Assembly (NCBI GenBank): GCA_965261395.1
Contig: OZ253462.1
Location: 128,001-192,000, forward strand
Origin: Candidatus Latescibacterota bacterium
GTDB lineage: Bacteria; Latescibacterota; UBA2968; UBA8231
DNA: 64,000 bases
Reading direction: 5' to 3'
Each line of letters begins with the position of its first letter. The stretch's first letter is position 1. This document shows, one piece after another, positions 47,799-57,390 of the stretch. The notes beneath the pieces are model-generated. The model made no database searches and had not been told where the DNA came from. It saw only the letters and a list, made by a program, of their open reading frames with translations. A program made the position numbers and the translations under genes.

Positions 47799-48401
47799 AT
47801 GAAGTTTGCGGTGTTTTTCGTCATTATCGCCCTATTTGCTTGTTCATCGGATAGTCCGGTAGGGCCTAATACGGAGTCTGAACCTGTATTAGAGTCTTCG
47901 GGCAAGGCGGTTGATATAGAAGCAATAGGCGGTCTGTTAAAAGGTCGCTGGTTTAATGTTCACGAACTTAGAGATTCGGATATAATATCATCTATTTGGA
48001 TTTTGGAAGTTCGTGAAATGCCCGGAGAGTCAAGCATTTTTGAATATGACTTAGCCCGGATATATGATGCGAGACAGGAATACTCTCTGAAAGATTACGG
48101 GGAGGAAATAGGTGGTGGAGCTTTCAACGATTTATTGACTTGGGAGTTTGTTGAACGGGGAAGAATCCGGCCATATTCTACGAATGACTCAGGTCATATT
48201 CTATTTGATAGGATATTCAATGATCTCTCTAAAGTCGTTGAAATCGAGATATTTTCTAGTAATCGAGTCATTGTATGGGATTCGATACTTAAAATATCTC
48301 GATGGGATTCATTTGAATATTCTTTAGGCAATCAGATTTTTTTGAATTGTGAAGAATATTCTGATAATGATATATGCCTTTTTGACTACGGTTTCAAATA
48401 A
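47799..48401 (+). CDS. Hypothetical lipoprotein (AT-rich)
   Basis: AAGGAG RBS; MKFAVFFVIIALFA-C lipobox. Confidence 0.7.
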   Translation: MKFAVFFVIIALFACSSDSPVGPNTESEPVLESSGKAVDIEAIGGLLKGRWFNVHELRDSDIISSIWILEVREMPGESSIFEYDLARIYDARQEYSLKDYGEEIGGGAFNDLLTWEFVERGRIRPYSTNDSGHILFDRIFNDLSKVVEIEIFSSNRVIVWDSILKISRWDSFEYSLGNQIFLNCEEYSDNDICLFDYGFK

Positions 48402-48489
48402 AGGAGTTTATGATGGTAAAGCGTGAAGCGATTCCTCAAGAAGTCCATGAGCAGGCCAACTGTCCACGTTCAAGAGAGGGAGGTAAATC

Positions 48490-49095
48490 TTGTCTTATTT
48501 AGTAGGAACTCTCATTGCTGTAATTACAGTATTTGCTTTTTCGCAGCCTTCAGTTGCCCGTGAAAACGAGTTGGAAAGCTGGTACATGTACTGGGGGTTT
48601 GGAGCTTCTGATAATGACCTTTTTGACGATGTAGACCTAGAGGGTACAGGGGTAAGCCATACCTCCCTGTCTGTGGATTCCTTTGGGTTTTATTGGCCGA
48701 GAGGTCAAAAAACACTGGTCGGCGGGGTCATTAATACTTTTGCCGATTTTTTTGAGGGAAGTGATCTTCTTTCTAGTGCCGAGATTAATTCCTATAACTC
48801 GCTTTACTCAATTTCTGCGATGCACTTTCTGTCTCCAAAGATAGGACAGGGATTTTTTGTGCGAGCGGATGCCGGATTAGCCCTTCACTATGCTGAAGTA
48901 AAACTCGATATATTAGGTAATGAAGCAGATTCCGAGTGGACAAGTGAATGGGGATCGGGGTTTCTGATAGGAGGAGGGTACGGACTTCCGATAACAAGCG
49001 GAACGCGATTGCTCCTTAATGCTAATGTCTCTCAGCGGTATGTTGAGGAGGAATCTATGACCAATGTTGGGATCACACTTAACGGGCTGTTTTAG
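48490..49095 (+). CDS. Probable small outer-membrane beta-barrel protein
   Basis: GGGAGG RBS, signal peptide, alternating aromatic/Gly strands, C-terminal Phe. Confidence 0.7.
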   Translation: MSYLVGTLIAVITVFAFSQPSVARENELESWYMYWGFGASDNDLFDDVDLEGTGVSHTSLSVDSFGFYWPRGQKTLVGGVINTFADFFEGSDLLSSAEINSYNSLYSISAMHFLSPKIGQGFFVRADAGLALHYAEVKLDILGNEADSEWTSEWGSGFLIGGGYGLPITSGTRLLLNANVSQRYVEEESMTNVGITLNGLF

Positions 49096-49233
49096 CTGGA
49101 GTTAAGAGCTAAAGAAGTCGATTTCCACTAAAATGGTGCCTGTGAGGGTTTCGACCAAGTGATAAGAGGTAGGCCGGGGAGACTGTCTGACGAATCGCCT
49201 CTTGCAGCCCCCGTGATCGACATTACACAACCC

Positions 49234-49640
49234 TTAGTTACGCACCCGTCCGGTCGCGTGCGTCGCGAGGCAGTTCGCCTCCTGCAAGGAGCCTAGCCGC
49301 CACACCGGATGCACTCGCACCAAGCCGAACTCCCGGTTGCCCCAGTGTCGGGGGGCGTCCTCGGTAGCAGCGCTACTGCGGAGGATGGACGCCCGAACCT
49401 GCTCCATTTCCCGAGCCAGATTCCCCTTGTATGGGAACGAGAGAGGGCACGTCGCAAGCGCTGGCCGGCGCATGCCCCGGTGGCGATGGTCCCTCGCACC
49501 GAGGCCGCCGTCAGGGCGGCCAGCACGGGCTCCTCATCGGCGAACTGATCGGCGTCGAGTAGGCCGTGTTGGGTACACAGGCGGATGATGAGGCGCGCAC
49601 TCGTCTGCACGATCTGCTGCACCTCTGGGTCGGACAACGG
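49234..49640 (-). pseudogene. IS91/ISCR-like (Y2) transposase internal fragment, interrupted by a repeat
   Basis: ...EEPVLAALTAASVRGTIATGACAGQRLRR resembles the segment before FSLHA in ISCR-type transposases; the frame then runs into the repeat at 49357-49445. Confidence 0.6.
49357..49445. repeat. Dispersed repeat, right module only
   Basis: GTCCTCGGTAGCAGCGCTACTGCGGAGG...GCCAGATTCCCCTTG...ACGAGAGA matches 61115-61202 and 55763-55835. Confidence 0.9.
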
Positions 49641-49645
49641 CGGGG

Positions 49646-49852
49646 CTGACAGCCGGAGAAATTGAGATCCTCACGCTGTTTGCCACTGGCAAATCGTACG
49701 CTCAGATAGCAGAGGTGAAGGGCAACAGCCCGATTACTGTTCGGAATGCCATCTACCGCATTTAAGATAGACTTGGAGTAAAGACCAAACAGGAAGTCGT
49801 AGGGTGGGCAGTGCGAAATGGCTTGCTGGGTGACATGCAGCTAGACGACTAG
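49646..49852 (+). pseudogene. LuxR/NarL-type HTH fragment with internal stop
   Basis: LTAGEIEILTLFATGKSYAQIAEVKGNSPITVRNAIYRI*DRLGVKTKQEVVGWAVRNGLL; TAA at 49763-49765; no start codon. Confidence 0.8.
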
Positions 49853-50143
49853 CGCCCGCTGGCAGCGGTCAGGTCAGACTTCGTAGGATGTACGACAGTT
49901 GAGGTTGTCGGTTCGGTTTCAGTTCCATTGAGACCTTCCAGCTGAACATTCGCAATACACAATAGACACGAAAAACTCAGGTAATCGTGGCTGGTGGGGC
50001 TAAAGCCAGCACGTAGTCGGACGACACCATTCGTGTGGGGTGGTATCGTCCCCGAGGAGGACCCGTTGTCTCCCCCTTCGGCATCCGATAGCCACCGCGC
50101 GGCCCGGTGAAAATGTAGGTGGGATTGCCCCACGGCATACCAC

Positions 50144-51616
50144 TCAAGCACCCCCACCTTTCGGTTCCGCCGATTGCGTTGACTGACTTTGCCCGCCCTC
50201 TCCAGCTGACATCACTAAGCGGTCCCAGTCGGGAGCGCTTCCATCTCGCAACAAAGCCAACAGAGTGTCTCGGGCCAACTGCCGACCATCGGACAGCGCT
50301 TTCCCAAGGTCAATCCGTTTCCGCCTTGCCCGTGACCCGTGGACCAAAGCGGAACGCGCACCATAGAAATCCTTGACTTTGCGAAATATCCCTATGCGTT
50401 CTTCACCGTTGGTCCCGAGGAGATACCCGGCGCGGGTTTCCAACTTATAGGTGATCTCTGGTGCGTCCAAGCTGTACATGGTCTCAAGAGCTATGGCGGT
50501 ATCTAGGATGCGGTCTTCTGTACCGAATCGCCCAACTCTCGAAGGCAAACCCCCGAGCCGTCGGATGGCAAGGCCAAGCCGATCCCGGTCGTCCTGGTAC
50601 ATTCGCCAAGCCCGAACCATTTCAAGAAAGACTTCTGCACTGTCCTCAGAAAAGTGATTCTCACGCCACCAGTCGTTCGCCCACCCCCCACCACTGGTCC
50701 ACCCGAATTTAACGTTGGGGTCCAGGTCCTCCATCCATTTGTCCACCCGCACATACTGCCGCCGCGATATTTGTTGTTCTCCAGTTGCAATACAGAGGAA
50801 GTCCCGTACCGTTTCGTGGTCCCTGGGGAATTGGTACGTGGACGACGGGTCTTCCATGGTTTCTTCCTCAAAGGAGAATCGGAACCGGGTATTTAAGATT
50901 TTCTCTGATTCCACCTCCGTCGAGGTAATTGCAGGCCCCCAGGTCAGTTCTCTGACGAGCGCCGCGATGCTCTCCGGAGCTTCATCCAAGGGATGACGCT
51001 GTTCGATGCCCGCTGGAAGGTGCCTAAGATTCAGGAACGGGAACTCGCCACAAATCGCTTTAGCCTCTTCGTAGGGAGCCAGGAACGCGCCATCCCCGAT
51101 GTCAAGGCGGCGATCCAACTTGAGTCCGTAGAATAGAGTAACCTCGTAAGCCTTGAGATCCCGGGCCTCACCCAGCGTCAGGAATCGGTGTAATGTCTCG
51201 GCGGCGTTGCTCCCGTCAGTTTTGATAGCCAGTTTGGTCAAGCTAAGCGCCAAGGTCTTTAGTTCGACACGAAACGCGCCGTATGGTCTTAGAAAATGAA
51301 CAGCTTGGCCTTGGCTGGAATGGTCCAACGCCTGGCGTATCACCGGATGTTCACATAGGGCTGCCTTCACATCGGCCGGGTCGTCATCAAACCATAGGTG
51401 GGATTCTTCGAATGCAACCTCCGCGCCGGGTTCATGTTGCGCCCTACTTGCCAGGGTGCGGTACTCCTCATATGACACCTGTCCGGTATATCTATGGACC
51501 CGTCCGAAATCATCGACTTCCTCATAGGGGACCATTGGTCTTACCCTTGGGGCCAGAGCCATCAGGCTGGCAGCCAACCCTTCAATCCAGCAACTAAGTT
51601 CGAAATCTTGCTTCAT
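50144..51616 (-). CDS. ApeA-like HEPN-domain protein
   Basis: C-terminal DTAIALETMY...ITYKL.TRA...FYGARSALVHG (E...RX4H); GAGGAAGG RBS. Confidence 0.75.
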   Translation of the reverse strand: MKQDFELSCWIEGLAASLMALAPRVRPMVPYEEVDDFGRVHRYTGQVSYEEYRTLASRAQHEPGAEVAFEESHLWFDDDPADVKAALCEHPVIRQALDHSSQGQAVHFLRPYGAFRVELKTLALSLTKLAIKTDGSNAAETLHRFLTLGEARDLKAYEVTLFYGLKLDRRLDIGDGAFLAPYEEAKAICGEFPFLNLRHLPAGIEQRHPLDEAPESIAALVRELTWGPAITSTEVESEKILNTRFRFSFEEETMEDPSSTYQFPRDHETVRDFLCIATGEQQISRRQYVRVDKWMEDLDPNVKFGWTSGGGWANDWWRENHFSEDSAEVFLEMVRAWRMYQDDRDRLGLAIRRLGGLPSRVGRFGTEDRILDTAIALETMYSLDAPEITYKLETRAGYLLGTNGEERIGIFRKVKDFYGARSALVHGSRARRKRIDLGKALSDGRQLARDTLLALLRDGSAPDWDRLVMSAGEGGQSQSTQSAEPKGGGA

Positions 51617-51880
51617 CCTTCCTCACCTCTTTTGGGAATTGGCTTCGTGCTCCGAACCCCCAAGCCGATCTGGAGGACGCATCATCACAGACCCCTTACA
51701 GGTTCTCCTTGTCAGGCGGTCCCTCTGAGTAGGACTGGAACAAAGCCGGCTACGTTCTCATCGAGTCGGGCGCTTTCCCGGTCGGCCCTTCGCCGACAGT
51801 CAGCAGGCCAGCCAAGCACGAGGCGTGGGAGGATGGCTCCACCAGCGCAGTGGAAAACATTCTCGCCCGCCGCAGTATCG

Positions 51881-53188
51881 TCACGGAACAGCCATGTAGA
51901 ACTCCATCAAGTGGGGGAGTAGACTCAGCGCATGGAGGTGCTCTCCTAGCTGAGAGACGAACACTGACTCAGTATCATCTGGGTCAATGTTGTCAGACGC
52001 TACGTGAAACACAATGTTCCGAAAGTATCTAAGCTTGGGCGGAACGGCTTGCGGTCCCGCAATTCCTTCAATCTCATCGTGTCGTAACTCAGGAAACTCT
52101 TCGACAGCCTGGTGGTATATCCTCAGAGGTTCGGCAAGCAATGCGGTACTCACGCGCACCGGAGCAATCAGGTTTTGAGCCTGCTGATCGGTGATTGAGC
52201 TAGTATCCATGACCAATAAATCAAAGGGGCTGTGGGCATCCAGTTCAGTCCGGCTTCTGATTGCTCGTAACTTGCTGATGTCGAGTAGATTCACAAACTC
52301 ATTTGACAGTACCAGAGACCGCATCAGAATTCTCACGCAGTCCGTCTTAGCCTCCTGAACAAAGGATGGATAGCGTGGCCCATGGCTGACATTGTGCTTT
52401 CTGAACAACCCGAGCATATACCATGTTCGCAGGTTAAACGGTGTCTGGGTTGATTCATCAGTTGGGGTGTTGTATAAGCCGGGCAATGGACGCGAGAAAA
52501 CTTCCCACCTCTTATGCAATTTTGAAAGTTTGTCCTTGTCAGCTGGTCCAGAAGATTTGTTGGCGCGAAGTAACTCTTCGCCGACCAACTCGGATAATGA
52601 CCATCGGAGCCATGCTGCATACGCATCAATTGCCGACTGAGCCTTAAACACAGTGGAGTAGTAGTGACCATCTATCCCTCCGCCAGTCTCCATGAAGTTG
52701 TCGAGTGCGTCATGGAGATGTATTCGTTTAGCAGGATGCAACACCTTATCCCTAAGAGTGGTCAGATGTTGAATAGTAGTCTCGTTGGACTGGAACAAGG
52801 CTTCGAGGGGATCGAAGAGGAGGGCTGGGTCTCTTCTTGACTCCCTTCTATAACTCTCCAATTCCGCAGAGAGTAGGCACAAGTACATTTCCCATGGAAC
52901 CCAAGTCACAAACTCCAATATCCTGCGACTATTTAAGTCTGGGTCGAGGTCTTGGTCTTGGAACATCAGGTTATATACGGCGTCAATGTCCCTGTCATCG
53001 ATCAGTTGGGACATGCCTAGATTCTTCATCACACGAGTTTGGTGGTTGATATTGCGGAATGCAATGACGCGAACACCTTCCAATATGACACTCCGGTGAT
53101 ACTGAAGGTTTCGGTAGTGCTTTATTGCCTCATTCGGCAAATGGCTTCGCATTTTCTTATAGGCACCCTTATGTTTATCGGTCATCAT
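51881..53188 (-). CDS. Hypothetical helical protein with two HEPN-like RX4H motifs
   Basis: LRDKVLHP and FRNIVFHV in apparently duplicated halves. Confidence 0.6.
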   Translation of the reverse strand: MMTDKHKGAYKKMRSHLPNEAIKHYRNLQYHRSVILEGVRVIAFRNINHQTRVMKNLGMSQLIDDRDIDAVYNLMFQDQDLDPDLNSRRILEFVTWVPWEMYLCLLSAELESYRRESRRDPALLFDPLEALFQSNETTIQHLTTLRDKVLHPAKRIHLHDALDNFMETGGGIDGHYYSTVFKAQSAIDAYAAWLRWSLSELVGEELLRANKSSGPADKDKLSKLHKRWEVFSRPLPGLYNTPTDESTQTPFNLRTWYMLGLFRKHNVSHGPRYPSFVQEAKTDCVRILMRSLVLSNEFVNLLDISKLRAIRSRTELDAHSPFDLLVMDTSSITDQQAQNLIAPVRVSTALLAEPLRIYHQAVEEFPELRHDEIEGIAGPQAVPPKLRYFRNIVFHVASDNIDPDDTESVFVSQLGEHLHALSLLPHLMEFYMAVP

Positions 53189-53248
53189 TCAAATCCCCAA
53201 TGTTCAATGGATTGCGACGCTCAGATATCGGAGGCGGCTGTATGTTAT

Positions 53249-53419
53249 GTATAGGAAAAATAAGGCCCGATGTCGGTACTATGCAGTTCGCTGAAAACGT
53301 ACGCAAGGGGCCAGCAGGGTCCCTGATGAATCGCTTGTCGTCGTCCAGCATCGTTCGGGACTGCTCTCAGTACCGTTGTAAAGGATTTCTGTGCGTTTCA
53401 GGGGTCAGCCCGGTACTTG
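53249..53419. repeat. Dispersed repeat, left module with oriIS-like end
   Basis: Aligns by eye with 60937-61108 (…CGGTACTATGCA.TTCGCTGAAAACGTACGCAAGGGG…TTTCAGGGGTCA). Confidence 0.9.
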
Positions 53420-53634
53420 AGGGTGCACTCCTCCGTACCGCTCACGGCGCCGGGAGCGAATCGGGAGGAGGTCAGGCAGCGAACTCAAACTGCGGCTGAG
53501 GCGGGCCCTCGGCGGGGGCACCGCCGGCAGCCTTACCCCGCATCAGCACATCACGCCGGTCCGTCTTCACCCGCTCCCCACTGCGACGCGAGATCCGACT
53601 CGGTGCCACCACCTCGCACCGGTGGCCCGCTTGG

Positions 53635-55589
53635 CTACTTCGGTCGCGCGAAGGCAACGAGCGCGGCGTCTGGCCCGGTGCCCGTCGCGATGACGATGAA
53701 CTGCCGCCCCGACCGCGCCCGGTAGGTCATCGGGTTCGCGTTCGTTGGAAACGGCGTCGCGCCACGCCAGACCTCGGTGCCCGTCGCCTTGTCGAACGCA
53801 TATAGGTACGGAGTGCCGCCGCCGAGGAACACGAGGCCCCCCTTGGTCACCATCGGGCCGGAGTTGCCGCGCGTGCCCAGCCGCTCCGGCAGCTCGACGC
53901 CGCGCAGCAGCGGGTGATTGCGGATCTCGGGGCTGCCCTCACCGAACGGTATCTTCCACGCAATCTCGCCAGCATCGAGGTCAATAGCCACTAGGTGCGC
54001 GTACGGCGGCTTGATGAGCGGAATCGGGCCGAGCTTGCTCTCCGGGGTTTGCGCGGTGCCCGGTCCGTCGGCCTCCCGAAACATGAGGAGCGACGCACCC
54101 CATAGGGACAGTTGTTGCTGTACTCGACGTCGACTTCCGGGTCGTTGCCCGCATTCTCGCACAACTGGTTCGTGTCGGCGTCTTCCGATGTCCGAACGTA
54201 CAGCAGCCCGGTCTCGGGATCAAAGGCCGCCCCGCCCCAGTTCGCGCCGCCGCTGGCGCCCGGGCGCTGGAGCGTCCCCTGAAGACTCGGCGGCGTGAAG
54301 AGCGGACCCAGCCGGAACCGCTGCATCTCCTCCACCGCGAGCGCGTGGATCTCCGGCGTCAGATCGTTCGCGTCCTCCAGCGACACCCCCTGCCTGCTGA
54401 AAGGCGGCGGCTTGGTCGGGAACGGCTGCGTCGGATACAGCACCTCGCCCGGCACGTCCGTCGTCGTGTCCACCGCACGCTCCTCGATTGGCCACACCGG
54501 CTCGCCCGTCACCCGGTCGAACACGTACGTGAAGCCGTGCTTGGAAACCTGCGCCACCGCGTCGATCTCGCGCCCGTCCACCGTTACCGTCACGAGGTTC
54601 GGCGCTGCGGACAGGTCGTAGTCCCACACGCCGTGATGCACCGCTTGGAAGTGCCACTGCCGCTCACCCGTGCGCACGTCGAGGCACACCAGCGACTCGG
54701 CGAAGAGGTTCGCCCCCACCCGGCGGCCACCCCAGTAGTCGCTGCTCGGCGTGCTCGTCGGCACGTACAGCAGCCCGCGCTCGGCGTCGAGCGATATCAG
54801 CCCCCACACGTTGGCGTGGCCGGTGTAGCGCCACGACTCGTCCTCATAGGTGTCCGCGCCGAAGTCGTCGCTCGATTGCGGGATGGTGAAGAAGACCCAG
54901 CGGCGCTCGCCCGTGCGGGCGTCGAACGCCTGCACGGTTCCGGGGGTGTCGAACTTTCGCTGCAGCCGGTCAGGCACGCGGCTTCCCACGATCACTAGGT
55001 CCTCGAACACCACCGGCGGCGAGGTCTGGTCGAACTCGTGGCGGGTCACCGGGCGGCCATGGCCCTCGGTCAGCACAACGCTCCCGCTCTCGCCGAAGTC
55101 CGTGTCTAGCTCGCCGGTCGCGGCATCGATTGCGTACAGCCGGTCGCGGCTGTTGAGGAAAACGCGGTCGTCGTCGCCGTCGCTCCAGTAGGCGATACCC
55201 CGGTGCTTGAAGCCCCTCGGCCCCACACCCTTGGGCCCACCTTCGTAGGCCTTGGGATCAAAGGTCCACAGTTCGGCACCCGTCTCCGCGTCGAGAGCCA
55301 CCACACGCGTGTACATGGTGGAGAGGTAGAGGACGTTGCCGATCATGATGGGCGTTGCCTGGAATGGGCCCGGCCGGATGCCGTACTCCGCGAGGGGCAT
55401 CTCGTTCGGCTCCCATTGCCAGACGATCTCCAGTTCGTCGACATTCGCGGCCGTGATCTCCTCAGCCGCCGAGTACTTAGTGGGCGCCTGCTCGGCACCG
55501 ACGTACGGCCATTCAATCATGACGCCCGATTCCTGGGCGCCTGCGAGGGTGGTAAACAAGAGGGCGGCTGTCGCAACGAATCGCTTCAT
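53635..55589 (-). pseudogene. PQQ-dependent (quinoprotein glucose dehydrogenase-like) enzyme, frameshifted
   Basis: FQATP, HRGIAYW, WHFQAVHHGVWDYD, PTQPFP, GGANWGG; the C-terminus (KPPYAHL..., ANPMTY...GRQF) is in a different frame, shift near 54098-54101. Could be a sequence error. Confidence 0.85.
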
Positions 55590-55630
55590 GGAGGGGAATC
55601 CGATTGGAGAATGGAAACTAGTTTCGCGGC

Positions 55631-55666
55631 GTATTCTACGTATTCTAGGTATTCTACGTATTCTAG
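55631..55666. repeat. 9-bp tandem repeat x4
   Basis: GTATTCTAC GTATTCTAG GTATTCTAC GTATTCTAG. Confidence 0.9.
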
Positions 55667-55683
55667 ATATCATGGGTCGGCAA

Positions 55684-55840
55684 TATGCAGTTCGCTGAAA
55701 ACGCACGCAAGGGTCCAGCAGGGTCTCTGATGAATCGCTTGTCGTCGCACAGAATCGTTCGGGCTACTGCGGAGGGTGGATGCCTGAACCTGCGCCATTT
55801 TCCTAGCCAGATTCCCCTTGCCTGGGGACGAGAGAATGCC
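55684..55840. repeat. Dispersed repeat, internally deleted copy
   Basis: Left module up to ATCGTTCGGG joined directly to CTACTGCGGAGGG of the right module. Confidence 0.9.
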
Positions 55841-56145
55841 CCTATCCGCGCTGAGCTACCAGCAGGACTATGAAGAGACCGGGAGATGGCGAAAACACTG
55901 GTGGCAAAAGATCGCAGCACGGGTGAAGAAAATGGATAGAAAGCCTGGGTTGGCTACGCAGTCGACGGCGACAGTCGAAATCGTCGGGACAGGGTACGAC
56001 TTCATGACGAACCACGCTCCCCGAAGATAAAAGGCGTGTAGTACGAACCCGAGGGAAGTTACAGTGTCGAGGTGTAGGGGCTCGTCGGGAAGGCCGAATG
56101 GACCCGTCCGGCGAGATTTGTATGCGATCATTTTGCATCGGCTAC

Positions 56146-56178
56146 TTGACAATCAGCCGTAAACACCGTAAGCTTACA
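56146..56178 (+). promoter_or_regulatory. Promoter for a probably leaderless HTH mRNA, overlapped by candidate operator 1
   Basis: TTGACA-17 nt-TAAGCT ends 6 nt before ATG 56181, no SD; GTAAACACCGTAAGCTTACA at 56159-56178. Confidence 0.7.
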
Positions 56179-56180
56179 AC

Positions 56181-56525
56181 ATGTCCAAGACGTTGGGTGA
56201 GCGTATTCGCGAGCTGCGTGATCAGGCAGATCTCTCCCTACGCGACCTGTCAAAGAGGACCGGTGGCCTGACGGCTGCTTTCCTTTCGGATATTGAGCTG
56301 GGGCGACGTTTTCCCTCAGATGATGCCCTTGTCCGTTTGGCCAAGGCGTTGGGGACGACAGTCGAGGATCTTCGAACCTACGACACGCGTCCGCCAGTAC
56401 AAGAGATCAAGCGGTTATCCGCGCAGAATCCCGCAATCGGTGCGGCTTTTCGTAAGATCACCGAGATGACGCCGGAAGAGATACTGAAGATGGTTGAGAA
56501 ATCGACAAGAAAGAAAAAAAAGTGA
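56181..56525 (+). CDS. XRE-family HTH repressor, CapH-like
   Basis: LGERIRELR...LSLRDL...FLSDIELGRRFPS; coupled to a metallopeptidase gene. Confidence 0.88.
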   Translation: MSKTLGERIRELRDQADLSLRDLSKRTGGLTAAFLSDIELGRRFPSDDALVRLAKALGTTVEDLRTYDTRPPVQEIKRLSAQNPAIGAAFRKITEMTPEEILKMVEKSTRKKKK

Positions 56526-57217
56526 GGAGTCTACGCGCGGATTCGGGTCCCTTCACGGAGAAGCCATTCTTCACCGAGAGCGAGATCGAACGAATGTGCG
56601 AGTGTGCCCTCCGCGAAGCAGGATATTACCCTTCCGAACCGTCGCGGGTGAACATCGACCGGTTTATCGAGAAGCACTTTGATGTTTCGCCACAGTTCGA
56701 GGATCTTCCGGAAGGAGTTCTCGGTTACTCTTGCTTCGGCGGCGATGGAATGATCAGCATGCACATTACGACGGCACTTACAAACGCGGGAACGCGAGTA
56801 GCCGAACGTCGCGTGAACACGACCCTAGCGCACGAGGCAGGTCACGGGCTGTTTCACTCATATCTCTTCAGCCTTGCTGAAGCCGGGTTAGAGCTTTTTG
56901 AGTCTGATCCCGATGTGACAAAGACTAGGATCCTCTGCCGCGATGAGAATACGCAACGGCAGAAGGTCAACGGGCGATGGTGGGAGACTCAGGCAAATAT
57001 GGCGATCGGTCCCCTGCTGATGCCAAGATCACTTGTCGTGGAAGTGGTTAAGCCATTTCTTGTCTCTACAGGCCTCTTGGGAATCGGGGATGTGCCTGAA
57101 GATAAGCGCGAGAATGTGGTCGCGACGCTCTCCGACGTTTTCGACGTTAACCCTGTCGTGGCGCGTATTCGATTGGAGGGAATTTTCAAGCCCTCGGGGG
57201 GGCAGCTGTCGCTCTGA
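56522..57217 (+). CDS. ImmA/IrrE-family Zn metallopeptidase, CapP-like
   Basis: TLAHEAGH, internal ILCR Cys, WETQAN...LLMP, FDVN...ARIRL. Confidence 0.88.
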   Translation: MRSLRADSGPFTEKPFFTESEIERMCECALREAGYYPSEPSRVNIDRFIEKHFDVSPQFEDLPEGVLGYSCFGGDGMISMHITTALTNAGTRVAERRVNTTLAHEAGHGLFHSYLFSLAEAGLELFESDPDVTKTRILCRDENTQRQKVNGRWWETQANMAIGPLLMPRSLVVEVVKPFLVSTGLLGIGDVPEDKRENVVATLSDVFDVNPVVARIRLEGIFKPSGGQLSL

Positions 57218-57234
57218 TTTTTTTTGGATAAGAT

Positions 57235-57254
57235 GTAATCATTGTCAGCTTACA
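57235..57254 (+). promoter_or_regulatory. Candidate operator 2 upstream of the ubiquitination genes
   Basis: GTAATCATTGTCAGCTTACA, 16/20 identical to 56159-56178; both are GTAA-N11-TTAC. Confidence 0.6.
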
Positions 57255-57321
57255 TAAGCTTCTATTGAACCTGAATTCCGGTCTCTATGGACGAGCCGGG
57301 ATTGCGAGTAAAGGAGAAACA

Positions 57322-57390
57322 ATGGAAAAAATTTTGACTTACCTTCGATATGGGAACCAACCGATGTCCATCAGAAAGGAAACCAACTGA
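57322..57390 (+). CDS. 22-aa upstream mini-ORF coupled to the Ubl gene
   Basis: AAGGAG RBS; MEKILTYLRYGNQPMSIRKETN; TGATG overlap with the Ubl start. Confidence 0.4.
   Translation: MEKILTYLRYGNQPMSIRKETN

Noticed and set aside
55818-56030. 70-aa ORF upstream of the HTH gene as a system component
   Set aside because: Starts inside the repeat with no RBS; at most a truncated gene tail.
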